From: Paraphysomonas bandaiensis
Lineage: Eukaryota > Protista > Chrysophyceae
DNA: 64,000 bases
NCBI GenBank assembly: GCA_965644295.1
Contig: CBFFRP010000077.1
Location: 62,001 to 126,000 of the forward strand
Direction: 5' to 3'
The stretch's first letter is position 1; the number at the start of each line of letters is the position of its first letter. This document shows, in pieces, positions 36,096 to 49,926 of this stretch. The notes under the pieces are model-generated. The model was not told the DNA's origin. It worked only from the letters and a program-made list of their open reading frames with translations, and searched no databases. Both the position numbers and the translations under genes were made by a program.

Positions 36096-37709
36096 ATGGG
36101 GGGCTGTAGAGGTTCTAAACTATCTATCTATGCCCTTATTCCCTCAATAACCAAGTGGAAGACCCAGTTTGATGCTCTCAGCCTCAGCGATGGCGATATT
36201 ACTACTCTATACCATATATTCAAACGTATTGGCGGCGTTAAGGCAGATCATATTTCTGTTTCGGATATGCTGAAGTACTTTCATCTGGAGAATTCTGAGT
36301 TCATGCGGAGGGCGCTGAGTGTGTTTAGCAGCACCAAGTATCAATCAGAAGAAATCAACTTCAGAGAATTTGTTTTCATTATTTGGAACTATTGCACCTT
36401 GGGAACAGATATAGGTATGCCTGATTTGATCGTAATCCTCTGTTAACGCATTTTTATTCCACCAGCGCTATTCGCATTCGACATGTATGATTTCGACGGG
36501 AACCAGTGTCTGGACGCAGCTGAAGCGGATATTTTATTGAAAGATATATACGGCAAATACTACGTAAAGAGCAAGAATGGGCAGCGGTAAGCCACGATTC
36601 GTATTTTATATGGGACACACCTCAGTGACTATACTAGGCTGAACGAAAAGATTCAACAACATGGTGCACATGGAGTTCAAAGATTTTACTTCAAGGAGTT
36701 CGTAGTGGCTAACCCTGCAGTGGTTGCACCCTGTTTTGAATACCAGAAGCGAATAGTGAGTCGGACGCTTGGAAGCAATGAATGGGGGCGCCTCACTCAA
36801 GAGAGAGTGATACTGACCAGAGGAAAATATGCAAGTCCCGGGGAAATACTTGCCCTCTCCAAGGCCCGGGCACAGAGCAGGTCTTCCTTTGATGTAGAGA
36901 CATCAGGTTCAGGTATAGTCTATGAGCATTTGATTCTAGGATTTGCCATCTACTGCAGTGATAAATAATAAGGATGAACAGGTCGAAGTGGCTCGCTGGA
37001 CGATATCATCCAGACGAAAGCCCATTTGTCATCGCGGCGGAGCTCACGCTCCTCACGCAACTCTATTGATCGCAGTTCAGTGGATAGCTTACCTTCAAGA
37101 ACGTCTGGCGAATGCCCCAGTCCTGCTAATAGAACTGCTATCGGTCAGGTGGGATTTGAGGACGATAGTAATCCCACTCAACCCCACCATACCAAGAAGG
37201 GAAAGAGGCGGTATTCCATCGACAGCTCTAACTTGCAGACTATGTCTAAGGAAAGCGTTTCCCTCACCGAAAGCAACTCACGAGGTGCATTTCGACTTCT
37301 GCATTACATTTTTTTTCTACGTTTTCTCAATATTTTTGATATAGGCTCATTCTCTGTCAACAAGCACAGTACAATTCCTTCTGGATATGAACCCATCGTA
37401 GAACACCAGGTATATGATTTAAATGTACCTTTGGGTATGTCATCTCCCATCGATAAGCCATCTTCAGCGAAGAGAAAGAAAGTGTCTACTCTTAGCTCTA
37501 GAGTGAGTATAGCGAACATATCATGTATTATACGCTTGATCATTTATTAGATGCGAAATTTAGAATAATTTGATTATTTCATTTTGTAGGTATCTCCGAA
37601 CGTTCGCAATCAGCCACCTTCTCGACAGCTTTCGCGGCGAAACTCACTAGGCACTGTTGACTCGAAATCTCCACAAAGTACATCAAACCGACGCTCTACT
37701 TTTGACTGA
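36096..37709 (+). CDS. Calcineurin-B/CBL-like EF-hand protein with long S/R-rich tail, multi-exon
   Basis: N-terminal MGGC (possible acylation), INFREFVFIIWNYCT, FAFDMYDFDGNQCLDAAE; GT-AG introns. The 3' exon structure is less certain. Confidence 0.8.
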
Positions 37710-38957
37710 CAATACTGCTTACTGCTAGACCCAAGCAATCTATTATTCATTCTATTAAAATTACTGTTGCTGTATCTTTCGAGTACGTTACCGCGTCCGA
37801 ATTCTTTTTATTATTCAGTGAGTTCAGCTGCAATCGATATAATCATTCTGATATATTGTCATGGACGATCCGTTGGACAAGAAATTGTGTTTGTTGTTGT
37901 GGGCATTCCCACATGTTGTTCTAACTTTCTGCTATCACAGCTCCGAAATTTTTCGTGTTAGTTGTTCTAAGCTCGGAAAAGTCTGTGTTAATAAATAGAA
38001 CAGGATCTATTATTGGAGCTCTAGTCTATTTGGTGTACATTGTACATTCTTAGTCGCGCCAAGAATGGTGTAAAAACGTAGTCAAGGGCTTGAGAATCTA
38101 TTATAATTATATGTCAACGTGTACATTACATTTAGCCTTTTTATTAGTTTGTAGTTTGGTGGGATATGGTGCATGAATGTAGCTCTGAGCCCGGTTGAGT
38201 GCGCACTATCTATTCAAAATTAAATGCTGTTTGATAGTCTACAAAATAGGTTACTGCAGTGAATGGAAAGTTATATAATAATATAACACAATAATATATA
38301 TTGATGGTCTACTGAAGTCATCTATTTAAGATCACAAGTAATTAGAAACAAAGTAGCAATGAGTAGAGCAATGACTGTTGGCAACTACACTTATGTTGCT
38401 CATCAGGATGATCTCTGAGTTGACAGTAGTAGTAGTAGTAGTATGAGGGCAGATAACGTGGTTTCTGGAAGGCGAAAACGTGCTTTTGTTACATCCCACA
38501 CGACTTAAATGTTAATACAATTAATACTTTTTGCTCTACTTCACAACACACACCTTATACCACTACTGTATGATGCTTAATGGGCCCCACTGCACGACAC
38601 ACACCTCATTCTACTGATGTTCTGCTGCAGCTCAACACAGTACACTTCAATGATACTGCTTTTAGGAATATATCGACTCCCTACTGTATGCATTGATATA
38701 TAGTAGACAGATAGTGCAGACTTGATAAAGCAGTTTAGGCACTAAACGACAAATAAGTTATAATAAGGCGACAAAAGTAGCATAGCATATGATTAAGTTT
38801 GATGTCACTGCTTTGTAATTTGAGCACTGTAGTCCACAGCGTGCACACGTTTATAGTTATAAAATCAGTAACGTATTTTTTACTTCAGTGGTCGTACATA
38901 AATGCTTAACTATTGTTCTAATCTGTCGAACAATGCTTATTTTCAATGCTTTTTAGA

Positions 38958-39140
38958 CCCTCAACAAAGTCGGACTCGCACCTTTTCGTGGTGTTCTGGG
39001 GAATAAGTACGGAGAGATTCTCTCTGGGAAACTAACGTGAGCCGCAAACATAGTCAGAAGATATTCTTCTGCCCACTCATAACCAAATGCTTGTGTGGTA
39101 CAAGGGACACTAGTTAGTGTAACTTGTGTAGACGTCTTTA
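38958..39140 (+). mobile_element. Family A copy, intact 5' head, 3'-truncated
   Basis: CCCTCAACAAAGTCGGACTCGCACC ... GTGTAGACGTCTTT, then unrelated sequence. Confidence 0.9.
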
Positions 39141-39459
39141 GGTACGAAACAATGAAATCGGCTCCGCCTTAAATCGACAATTTATGATAAGTAATAAGGA
39201 ATGATGACACATGTCAATTTAACCGCAACAACGCCGAATACATCGCGACCCACTCATTTGCAATTAAAATTATATCATCCAGCTTAAGTAGTCACAGCAC
39301 TGTTGTCCATATTTAGACATGTATTAACTAGATCACTGTACACCAGTTTAATGGAGTAGGGTACGGGGTAGACCATCGTATAACATGAGGAGGGGTATAT
39401 AATGCACGACATGTTGATTAATACTTACTTGACCAACACTTCTGTATACGTTTATAATA

Positions 39460-39950
39460 CAGACACATATGAAGGAGTCACACATATCCAGCAAGGACAG
39501 TATAACCCTTGTGTGCTTTGTGAAGCGCAAAGTAAACATACACACCATATACAAGTATACGACATATATATAAAGTCCTTGCGTGTTTACGTGTTGTTTG
39601 AAGTACACAAAGTGAATATACAAAGCATATATCACACGTATAGTTCCTGTATGTTGTACGAGGAGCACAAAGTCAACACATACCTAATATAACACCAATA
39701 TAACCCTTGTATACTGTGTGAAGCGCACAAAGTGAACATACACATCACCACATACATAGTCCTTGTGTGTTTGCGAGCTGTAAGAAGCGCGCAAAGTGAA
39801 TATACAGAGCATATGTCACACATGTATAGTTCCTGTGTATTGTATGAAGTACACAAAGAACATACAAATCATATACCACATACATAATAGCCCTTGAGTG
39901 TCGTATAAAGTACACAGAGCGAACACACAGAACATACACCTCATATCTAG
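39460..39950. repeat. Degenerate tandem repeat, ~61-bp period, ~8 units
   Basis: Core (T)GAAGYRCACAAAGTGAAYATAC recurs at ~39521, 39599, 39659, 39719, 39783, 39845 and 39906, each preceded by a TA(G/A)(T/C)CCTTG-like block. Confidence 0.8.
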
Positions 39951-40671
39951 ATCTCTTACAACACCTATAATAATATATAATAGTAGAATACGACAAGGGA
40001 CTATATAACACATTTATATACTCTTCCACTCAAATACCTCATCTTCAATGCAGACGACGCACACATAGTGTAGACATATATCGCATAGATTAGATGATAT
40101 CTGCTGAATACTTTACTATCGACTGCAATGAGATCCCTCATTCTTCAATCAGAGCAAGGAGATTATATCCATAAATACGCTATGAATGGGACAAATAATA
40201 AAGTGAGGTATGTCCACGGAAGACTCGCTATTGTCTATATAGTAATTAAATAAATATTACCCCCAAAATGCAAACAGTGAGCTACAGGAAGTCACAGCAA
40301 CTCTGAGTACATTTTCAGTTTCAGAGGACCAGGAATACAACCCTCTCACTCCCCATCATCTGATATTTCAACCAGATGTTAGTGTTGATATGACTGACCA
40401 CTGGAAGCATCCACTCTTATGTATTAGTGTAGATATTATTAAAGCAGTACTACATGCCTGATATGGATATCCGTATGATGCATGCCGCATGGATCTCCAC
40501 CTCCAGCCCTCCCAACTAAACTAAACTGAAAAAAACGGCATCGAAAGAATGAGTGAGTGGTGTGGTGTATGGTATGGTTAATAAGCATAATACATATATA
40601 GAAATCTCTATTAAAGACAATGCACTCCAGAGGCATAGCAATACACAAGAATAAACCCTGTTAGCTGCGAT

Positions 40672-42205
40672 ATGTTCTACGATCTCAACGTGAAGCCACG
40701 ATCCAGCAGAAGTCAAGACCGCCAGAACATAGCAGTGCGCGCTTTAGAGTGTATGTTATATTATATATTGTAATGTTGTAGACGGTGTGTGTAATGCTAT
40801 GAGATATGACTTATGTATTATGTCTATGTATCTGTCGTGTATTAATACAGAGCGTGTAGTAGGATACTCCTGCATTGCTTGGAATGTGTGCACTTTCGGC
40901 AAGCTCGGAGCAAGCAAACAGGTGACTGTTAGCATAGGAAAAAGAGCTCCGGTAATGTTATGTACAGCATAAACCGCTGCAGCCAGTGGAGCTCAATACA
41001 ATGCAACTGAAAAACTCGGTACCATTGAGGAGCATTGTAACTAATGCTCCCGTTCAGCTCCGCCAGTTTTCAAGAGTTACAGTGTTCGTCGACGAACTGG
41101 CAGATGCACAGAGCCTGTTGTCTGCCAACGAAAATATGAGTGCATTTGACATCGTCGCTGCGTGTCCCGCAACATCTAAAGTTTTGTCATTCTTATGTAA
41201 GCAAGCGGATATTGATATAATTTGCCTTGATTTCACTCACCGATTGCCATTTTCTCTAAACAAGAAGCTGGTCAGTTTCTAAATTGATTCTGTCCTGATT
41301 TCTTTAACGTTGCCGCAGATTGACGCGGCCGTATCACGAGGGATAGTATTTGAAATAGTATATTCATCACTTATTACCAGTAAGCCTTACTGCATTGTTG
41401 TTATACCTATTATTAATATGAAGGGTTGGATATATAGCTCCTGGTTCTAGGCGCCAAATCATGTCCAGCACTCGTACACTGATACAGTTTTTGCGGGGGT
41501 CGAGCATCATCATTAGTAGGTAAATGGGAATATCAATCTACGCCATGTGTGTTTTATAGTTTCTTCATACTTTGCAGTGGCAGCGAGGCGATGAGTCATA
41601 TGCGTGGCCCTCAGGATATCGCCGCCATAGCGCAACTACTTGGCGTGAATGTCCAAAAGGTGTTGATAGAGTTCTTTGTACATTTAATGTATTGAATTTA
41701 CTCATAAATAGGCTCGTAAAACCATGTCAGAGAATTGTGCGGTGGTTTTGAAGCATGCAGCCTCTCGAAAACTGAAGCACCTTCCTGTGGAAGTGATTTC
41801 AATGGAAGAGTTCCATCGAAGGTACAAAGTGATGTCTTCTTCCTTTCAATTACTCATAATTTTATGTGGTTTGGCAGGTGGCCAGAATATGGTGCGCCTA
41901 ATGTGCAAACCTCAACCGAGAATGTAGTTAATGTGCCAACTTCAAGCGACAGCGTCCATTCCGACAGCAACAGCAGTAATGATGATGGTGGAAGCGATGA
42001 GAGCGAAGATGAGGAAGAGGCAAGAATTCCAGAAGCAGATAGGCATATGTCTGATCAATCTGGTGTGGACGGATTCATTCGACTTGCTGATCTCGAGGAT
42101 CGAAATAGTGATGACGGCAGCGATGACGTGGTAGTCGAGAAGAAAGAAAAGAAGAGGGTACATAGCGAGAGTAATGTTCGGAAGCAAAAGAAATTGCGGA
42201 GGTAG
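40672..42205 (+). CDS. RPP30: Ribonuclease P/MRP protein subunit p30, multi-exon
   Basis: Start MFYDLNV; GYSCIAWN; QFSRVTV; FDIVAACP; DIDIICLD; GIVFEIVYS; IIISSG..MRGPQD; acidic/basic C-terminal tail. Confidence 0.9.
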
Positions 42206-42940
42206 CGTTCAGTTCATAGCGTCAGTGTACCTTTGGTGTGCGTTTAGATTTAGGCTTCTATGTATATATGGCATGGACTTAAGAGAGTAAAGTGAATATG
42301 TATTCAGAGTATATTACACACAGGTGACAGTATGTCGTGTAGGGATAAATCTGAGTAATATATATAGCGAAATGTTTTCGAATGGTTTAAACTTTTTCGC
42401 TTGGTGAATAATGGGCCAAACGACATGTGTGGTAGAATTTCTGAAGAAATTTGAGATTTAAAAAACATAAAATAGAAATCAAGTAATACTTTATCGACGT
42501 AGTTGTAGTTTTTGTATATGTTGTATTTACTGTGAAGAAGTGATGATCGTGCCCCAGCATGATTAATAGTTCAAAGTGTAACTGCTCATGTAGGACTGTG
42601 CACTCATTTCTCATGTATCTCAGTATGAATTTATCAGCATTATGAAATGATATATGACGAATCTTTGGTTTGTTGGTTACAAGTAATGAATTATAATCTG
42701 GTGGTATAGTAATGCGTAATGCATGAGGTACAGGTGTATATCGTAGCCGTAGAGTTGCAATTCAACAACGCCCTATCTCTACTAAATACATCAGAACCTA
42801 ATATAAATATTTCAACCACTCTTTGCATATTTAACACAAATCTTTTGAATTTTTGAATTAATTTTATAGGTTACTTGTAAATTGCTTCCTGACAGAAAAG
42901 GTACTATAACAGCTCAGCACCACAGTTATGCCAACACTAA

Positions 42941-44371
42941 CTAGTCAAAGGCATTATTGGTAATTGATATCAAGCATGAATCTTTGCCCCACTGAGCGAC
43001 ATCTATGGGGCTTTGTGAATTCACAAGCGTAATGTCCCCAGTATTCATAGATACCTCCTCTTTGCCATCAACAGATATTTTAGAGCTTCCCTTCCACTGC
43101 CACAAGTAGGTATCCTGCGCATTTGATTAACAGCAGAACTGCATATATCTACACATATATCTACACAGACTGATACATAAAAATGAGAACATTGTAGTAG
43201 TGAAATAAAAGCAAGCCCAGGACTAGAGGTGAACTGCAGGAATATACAGCGCCGTACCGTTGCATGACCTTTACGACCAGGTTGAAGGTTACCACTATAT
43301 GGTCCAAGAGCGAGGTTGAAGTTGAATTCTCTTCCCTTCACTGCAGAGGTTACTAGACTGCCGTTCTCATTGCTGTAGCCGGGTAAAGAATCACCCAGCT
43401 CTGTCACGAACTGCGACCAATTAAATGGCTGGGCTAGGATTGAGGTGTCTGTGTCAATTTGAACAGGTGGGTTCTTCACAGGCTGATAGCAAACATAGAT
43501 ATCATTATTCCTTTTATCATGCGTTACACACATTCACACAATGTACCATTCCTGGGGCGGGGGTATTAGTCTTAGAGGCCTCCGATGCAAAAAACCTAAA
43601 TTGAAATTTATTTATATAAAATGTAGTTCCATACACCGACCTCTGAATTACTGGCACGAGCTCAGAGCCAAGGTCGCGACAATGAAAATACTCTTCGTAC
43701 AGTACATCCGTGGTGCCAGGTACAAAGTAGCGTAGACCGTCGTGTTCATGTTTATGCCGCAGTCGCTCCACGACCATACCAACCGTATTTTCATACCTGT
43801 ACATAAGAATTACTTATACTGAAATATATGAGGGACGTTATACCGTTGAGGAGAGTGAGGAATTCGGCTAGGAAGAATAAACATGTAACCCTCAGGTATA
43901 TGAATGTTCTTGTGTTTCCCGTGTTCAAGGATGTTTAGGTCCATGCCTCCCTCAATTTGGTAGAACACTTCCTACGAAACACTAACTGCTACATTACCCT
44001 TCTAGTCTATCAAGCATACCTCCCCTTCATTGATGTGAAAATCCTAGTTGTACATCACTAAGTTCATATTCATTATACTCAATTCATTACTACCTTTCGC
44101 TGATTCGGTCCACCCACAACCATTACTTGTAACTGCTCGTTGTAGATCATTTTATTTGCAACAGGCGGTTTTAGTTCCGGCTTTATATCTTCGAGGTATC
44201 TTAACAGCAGCATGTAAGGGAATTTATATTGAGAAATATATACATGAATATGATATTAATATGGATTACATCGACAATTACGTACTTGTGTAGGGTGAGG
44301 GGAGCTCGTGTGCTGAGTCCTCGATAACGGCAAGGATTCAGAGCACATCTAACTCGAGATAAACCTATCAT
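42941..44371 (-). CDS. HAAO: 3-hydroxyanthranilate 3,4-dioxygenase (two-domain, animal-like), ~7 exons
   Basis: Spliced translation LKPPVANKMIY..VMVVGGPNQRK|DFHINEGE|EVFYQIEG..LPSRIPHSPQR|YENTVGMVVER..DGLRYF..LYEEYFHCRDLG, plus a second domain with DTYLWQWKGSS. The Fe ligands H, E and H are present. Confidence 0.93.
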
Positions 44372-44732
44372 TATTTTATAAAGTCAGCTTACTTATATTG
44401 AAAGTGGTGCGAGGATTGAGGAGTTGGAATGTTGGGATGATATCTATGCACTGCTGCAGCAGGACGACGCCTATCTCTAGTGCTGGAAATATACCTCCAA
44501 ATACGGAATACTGGAATACAATACAATATACAATACACTGGGGCGGGGTGGGCACCTAATTGCGGAACATCAGGACATGCGATATACTGTACACAGCAGT
44601 CTTACTTGCTGCCATATCATATGAAGCAAAAGGAATTCTGCACCACTGTCGAAATGAATGTATGATATATTGAGTAAGATAAGCATTATTGCCAGTGGTT
44701 TACGTACCCTGTACACCCCTTCTACCTAAACC

Positions 44733-47123
44733 ATGCAAAGAAAAATGATCCCCCGAGCTCGTTTATATCGCGCAATACACATATCCCGCCACAGGGCTCC
44801 TCATATCATAAACATGAGCGAACCCCACTTATGGTACCCTTTAGCCCGAGACCTCTCGCCAAGAAAGGTCATTTGCCACGTAGGACCTACTAATTCAGGG
44901 TAATTTGTACTATATATTGCTAAAATTGTCATTATGATAGATACTTAGAAAGACTCACTCGGCATTGGAGTCACTTGCAAAGGCGAAGACTGGTGTGTAC
45001 TGTGGGCCCCTGAGGCTGCTTGCGTGGGAGGTATATGAGGCTCTCCGAGAGAAGTCAGTAAAATGTGATTTAATAACTGGTCAAGAACGAGACCAGATTC
45101 CGGATGCAACTCACGTGTCTTGTACTGTGGAAATGACTGACCTCAGTACTCAGTATGATTGCGCTGTTATTGATGAAACACAGGTAATCAGTAGATCACG
45201 GCTTATCATGTGATCTGATTGTAGTGGCACAGGTTATAGGTGACTCTTCAAGGGGATGGGCATGGACGCAAGCACTGCTTGGGGTCCAGGCAAAGGAAAT
45301 ACACCTCTGCGGTGAGCCTTATGTGTATCTCCTGTTTTGCGCTTTAATGTACAGCACGTCTTCAGGAAATGCCTCTTTCTTGCCTCTTATTCGCCGAATT
45401 TGTCACTCCACTGGGGACACGGTAGAGGTCAGGGAGTACACACGACTGGCCCCACTAGTGGTCACTCCAAATAGCCACGTTCAATCTCTGAGAGCTGTGC
45501 GTAGAGGTGATTGTATTGTGGCATTCAGCCGCAAAAAACTATATAAAATTAAGGCCAGTATCGAGAAATTAAACCCCCAGTTGAGGTGCTGCATTATATA
45601 GTAAGCAATTTACCAACTACGTCGAATTTCACCTGAATATATTATTTTCAGTGGAGCGCTACCACCGGATGCCCGCAGGCAACAGGCACTCTTATTCAAT
45701 GGATCACATGAAGCAACCACGTTCGATAGAAAGGGGCAAAAAAAGTCTCGCTCCCAGTTTGACGTCTTAGTGGCATCGGACGCAGTAGGCATGGGTCTCA
45801 ACCTTGCTATCAAGAGGGTTGTCTTTTCTTCTCTCGTTAAGTTCGATGGCACAGAGACAAGGCGGCTCCTCACTTCTGTAAGTGCAGTACATCACGACCG
45901 TATGGAGTTTTATTTAATTGAGCAGGAGATAAAGCAGATCGCTGGAAGAGCAGGACGATATGGATCTGAATTTGAACAAGGAGAAGTGACCGCTATGAGT
46001 AGAGAAGATGGTCTGTAGCTGACCCATTAATATAATATTCGTATATTAATGCTTCCGCCACAGTGTGCTATCTGAAGGAGCGTATTGAGATGCCAGATGA
46101 CGATATCCATAGGGCAGGTAGATAGACGTACCTTAGCAATATGTGATTTGTTATAATACACCAGGGCTCTTTCCTACGAGGGAGCAGCTGGAGTTGCTTG
46201 GCGCATTTTTGGATACAGGTGTTAGTCGGAAGGAGCTGAAATCATTTTGGGCAGATAAGTTACGCGGAGCACGTACAACTGAGCAGCGTATGAATAACCG
46301 GCACGTCGATGCTGATGACTTCTACCGGACCTCATACGTACTTCAACACTTTCGAAGTGTTGGGGCTTTCGCTTGCGCTCTGAGAGACTACGTTGATTAC
46401 GTCCGATCTAGAAAGAAGTCTAAAGGTCGACGGAAAGGTCGGGATATTATATATGCCAGTGACAGTGACGACAGTGATATGTTTGATTCGGATGACTCGG
46501 TGGACACACTCGACGATGGTCCCAGGACTCCTCTTTCTGTTCTATTTGATGTCTTTAAAAACTGTGTTGAGCTCGGTACCGATGGTATATATTTCATCAA
46601 TGACCTAGATGAAAAGAGAGAGCAAGCTGCCGCCATATCAGAATTTCGCATGCGTTTCAGGGATCGATACATGTTTTGCCTCGCACCAGTAAATATAGAT
46701 AGCAAAGATGTCATGAAAGCATTTCGTAGTATGGCGAGGCAATTCTCTCGTGGGGACGAGGTGATATTGTCCAAGAAACATATTCCTCCCCTGATCCCGC
46801 CGAAGGGACCCGACGAGTTGCTCATCTTAGAAACAGCACACCAGGTGACATCTAATATTTTGTACGTATCAGCGTAATATTTGTGTTTTCAGATTATGGA
46901 TCTGTATATGTGGCTGAGCTTTAGGTTCCCGGAGCAATTCATCCAGGCTAAAGAAATTTCAGCAATGAGTGCAGTGTGTGTGTCTTTAATTGACTCGGCT
47001 TTGAAGAACTTGAGAATGCGGAGTACGATAACAGGTAGAGGTCATAGCGAAAATGAGAAGAAAAAGATTATGGTATCTGGAAAAAGGACTAAAAAACGAA
47101 AAAACTATAGACATACTTTTTAA
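44733..47123 (+). CDS. SUV3: Mitochondrial ATP-dependent RNA helicase SUV3, multi-exon
   Basis: WYPLAR..HVGPTNSG|KT, YCGPLRLLAWE, SCTVEM, VIDETQ, RGWAWTQALLG, GDCIVAFSR, VASDAVGMGLNL, KQIAGRAGR and DLYMWLSFRFP. Confidence 0.96.
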
Positions 47124-47575
47124 ACTTGCAGATTGTGAGGCACTTTGTTTTTATGTTAAAATTCCAATATATTGTAAAGTAAATTTACATTCACACTGCT
47201 GGAATTCGACATAATACTGAAGCTAAATTTTTACTATATAAACATCAAACTTGCTTTGTAGTAAAAGAGCTGAATTCTCGGAAAACACTTTCTGGAAAGA
47301 ATTTTAACTGTTACAGTTATTATTGATGTATGGGACGCATACAACATCTGGCGCAATACTTCGAGGTAGAAGTGAAGATGTGAATATTATTACGTCAACT
47401 CAATGACTAAAATCTTCCAAATATTGAGCTTGTTGAGTATTGTGATATTGAGCATTTAAAAGCTGTATATTAAAATATTCGAATATTTACAGACATGAAG
47501 TTGATGATGATGTCCTATGAGTTATGAATGATGAAGAAGCTTAGCTAGACTGAATTATATTGACTATCTAAAACC

Positions 47576-48820
47576 CAGGGTTGCGTAACAATTAATTGAA
47601 TTGCAATTACTTAATAATTGCAATTATAATTGCTCGCTGTAAAGTTGCAATTAAATTGCAATTATTAACTATATAGTATAAGAGCACATAATCTTAGAAT
47701 TAGAAGTTGCAAAACATTAAGGACGATGGCCATTTATTGCCCTTAATGGCTATTACAATAGTGGGAAGGTTGGCATCTCATTATCTTTACATTAAGAAAT
47801 GTACTGTTTTTTTGAGCGGTCGATTATGTCTCTTTCCTCTTGATTTTGAGCTACAAAACTCCCTCAACAAAGTCGGACTCGCACCTTTTCGTGGTGTTCT
47901 GGTGGATAAGTACCGGAGAGATTCTCTCTGGGAAACTAACGTGAGCCGCAAACATAGTCAGCAGATATTCTTCTGCCCACTCATAGCCGAATGCTTGTGT
48001 GGTACAAAAGGGACACTAATAAGTGTCACTTGTGTAGACGTCTTTGGGCCCTGACGAATAAACAGGCATCCGGGAATGGGCCCACTTCAAGGGCATCCGG
48101 GACAAGGCCCACCTGAAGGGTAACCGGGGTATTGGGCTGCCTGCTGAAGTCAAGCATCCGGGATGTTCACCTTAAGAACTCAGAGCGGAAGTGGTCGCAC
48201 CTTGGTGCTTGCGGCGACGCACAAGCAGCTTCCGTAGCGTTAAATAGTAGGATAAAAAAAGTGTGTACTGATTAGTTACAGGTAGAGGTCTAACTAGTTT
48301 GTCTAGCATTCATTTAGCTACTAAGTTGGTGCAGGTTTTTAACGCCTATTGCTAATAATAAGACTTTCAATATAAGACTTTCAATATATGAGCGACAAAA
48401 CTTAGTTCATCTCGATCCATAGTGTATATGTAATGCTCAATACCACTCTAGTTGAAGATATATATCTATATGTAGTGTGGCAATCATGTTCTTCCGATCC
48501 TGGACGCCTTACAGGACACTGTAGGGTTGAATTTCACTACGAACTGGATGTGCAGCGGTATGGACATGAATTATCAGGGCTATTAACTGTTTTTTTGCAG
48601 ACGAAAACCTAGATATTTAGAGATTTGACCATGTAAATGTCATACTCTGTCAATTATATCATCATACGGTTGAAGATGCTATATGAGTATTCAATGAGTA
48701 ACTAATTAGAAAATAATGGGCACAATTAAATTATAATTGCGCGAGCTATAACTAATAATTGCAATTTAATTGCAAAAAAACATTTGCAATTAAATTGCAA
48801 TTAATTGTTACGCAGACCTG
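47576..48820. mobile_element. Second non-autonomous hAT-like family (older), carrying a nested family A copy
   Basis: TIRs CAGGGTTGCGTAACAATTAATTG / CAATTAATTGTTACGCAGACCTG; degenerate 8-bp TSD CTAAAACC / CTAAGATC; subterminal ATTGCAATT repeats. Confidence 0.85.
47861..48388 (+). mobile_element. Full-length short family A retroposon (528 bp)
   Basis: 14-bp TSD TGAGCTACAAAACT (47847-47860) / TGAGCGACAAAACT (48389-48402). The tail ends in a duplicated AAGACTTTCAATAT(AT), like the LINE end at ~56830. Confidence 0.95.
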
Positions 48821-48856
48821 CTAAGATCTGATAAAATTGATTGGCAGTAGAGAAAA

Positions 48857-49175
48857 CTCTCAACAACGTCGGACTCGCACCATTTCGTGGTGTTCTGGGG
48901 GATAAGTACCGGAGTTATTTCTCTGGGAAACTAATATGTGGGCCGAATATATATAGCCAGCAGATATTATTCTGCCCACTCATAACCGAATGCTTGTGTG
49001 GTACAAGGGACACTAATTAGTGTAACTTGTGTAGACATGTAGACGTCGTTCGGTCTTGCCGAATAAACGGGCATTCGGGGTGTTCGGATGCCTGCTGAAG
49101 TCATGCATCGGGCTAGTTCACTTTAAGGACAAAGAGAAAAATGGTTACATACATCTTGTGCGGTGGCGCACAATG
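48857..49175 (+). mobile_element. Degenerate family A copy
   Basis: CTCTCAACAACGTCGGACTCGCACC head, collinear body with deletions, decayed tail. Confidence 0.85.
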
Positions 49176-49926
49176 TAGCACATGAAGACAATGATGATGA
49201 GAATATTGTATCAACTGAATACATATATTGAGAGTGAGTTTTATTTCAAGTTCAGTTACTTATTTCTACGTATTTCTACGTCGTAGACAAATTATGAAAC
49301 TTGCAAACTACAAAAGCTGAAGTTGTAAACTGAAAAAGGACTCAAAATATACAGTGCATTCCATCTGAATACTGAAATGGAGATATTTTATTCTACGATA
49401 TATATATACAAGATATAGATGATGAGAAGCGATAGGTAGTACAAACCCGTTACAAACGTTCAACTTTTGGAAGTGCCATGTAGGTGGAGAAAGATTAGCT
49501 GAAGTTTACTTCACAGCGTTTATCTATCTCATAAAATACTGCTCCTAGCTGCCGCATTATTCACAAACAGTTTTCCTAAACCTGAACCTACAGCATTTAG
49601 TTGCTCACTTTAGCTAAGCACAATACGATAAACCATTTTGCTACATAGCATCTATTGTCTAGCTGTCCAGCTTTGAGCGAACTAAACACCTTAATCAATG
49701 TTCGAATACCAATTCAAGACCAATAACAGCATCATAGCTGTCCTAATGGGTCACAAAGGATTAAGGATACAATTCATCGCAGCTACTTTAATATGAAATA
49801 CTTCGAAGTATAATATTATAGCCACTGGGTCTCAAGTAGCCATCATTAACACCATAAGACGACAAAATCAACCTACTGGATAGCATATTCAGCCTCGAAA
49901 AGATGAAATCACAGCTTCTCCTAACA

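Noticed and set aside
39460-39950. CRISPR-like repeat-spacer appearance
   Set aside because: The repeats are degenerate, the linkers are related to each other, there are no cas genes, and the context is eukaryotic.
48050-48075. Hammerhead core CTGACGA in family A
   Set aside because: No stem II followed by GAAA can be built, and the motif is not conserved in other copies (TTGACGA, TTGCCGA).
47861-48120. Head read as a spliced protein (PSTKSDSHLFVVFWG...) using GTGAGC..CATAG and GTACAA..AAACAG as introns
   Set aside because: It is in frame but has no start codon or recognisable homology, indels among copies break the frame, and no copy lacks these segments exactly. The first donor coincides with the predicted P2 strand. 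Not fully excluded for the downstream body.
47861-48180. tRNA-, 5S- or 7SL-derived SINE head (AGTAC..GGGAA and GAAGTTAAGC resemble 5S pieces)
   Set aside because: There are no tRNA A/B boxes or cloverleaf. The 5S-like words are in the wrong order and spacing, and AGUA/GAA fits the Pr77-like P4 better.
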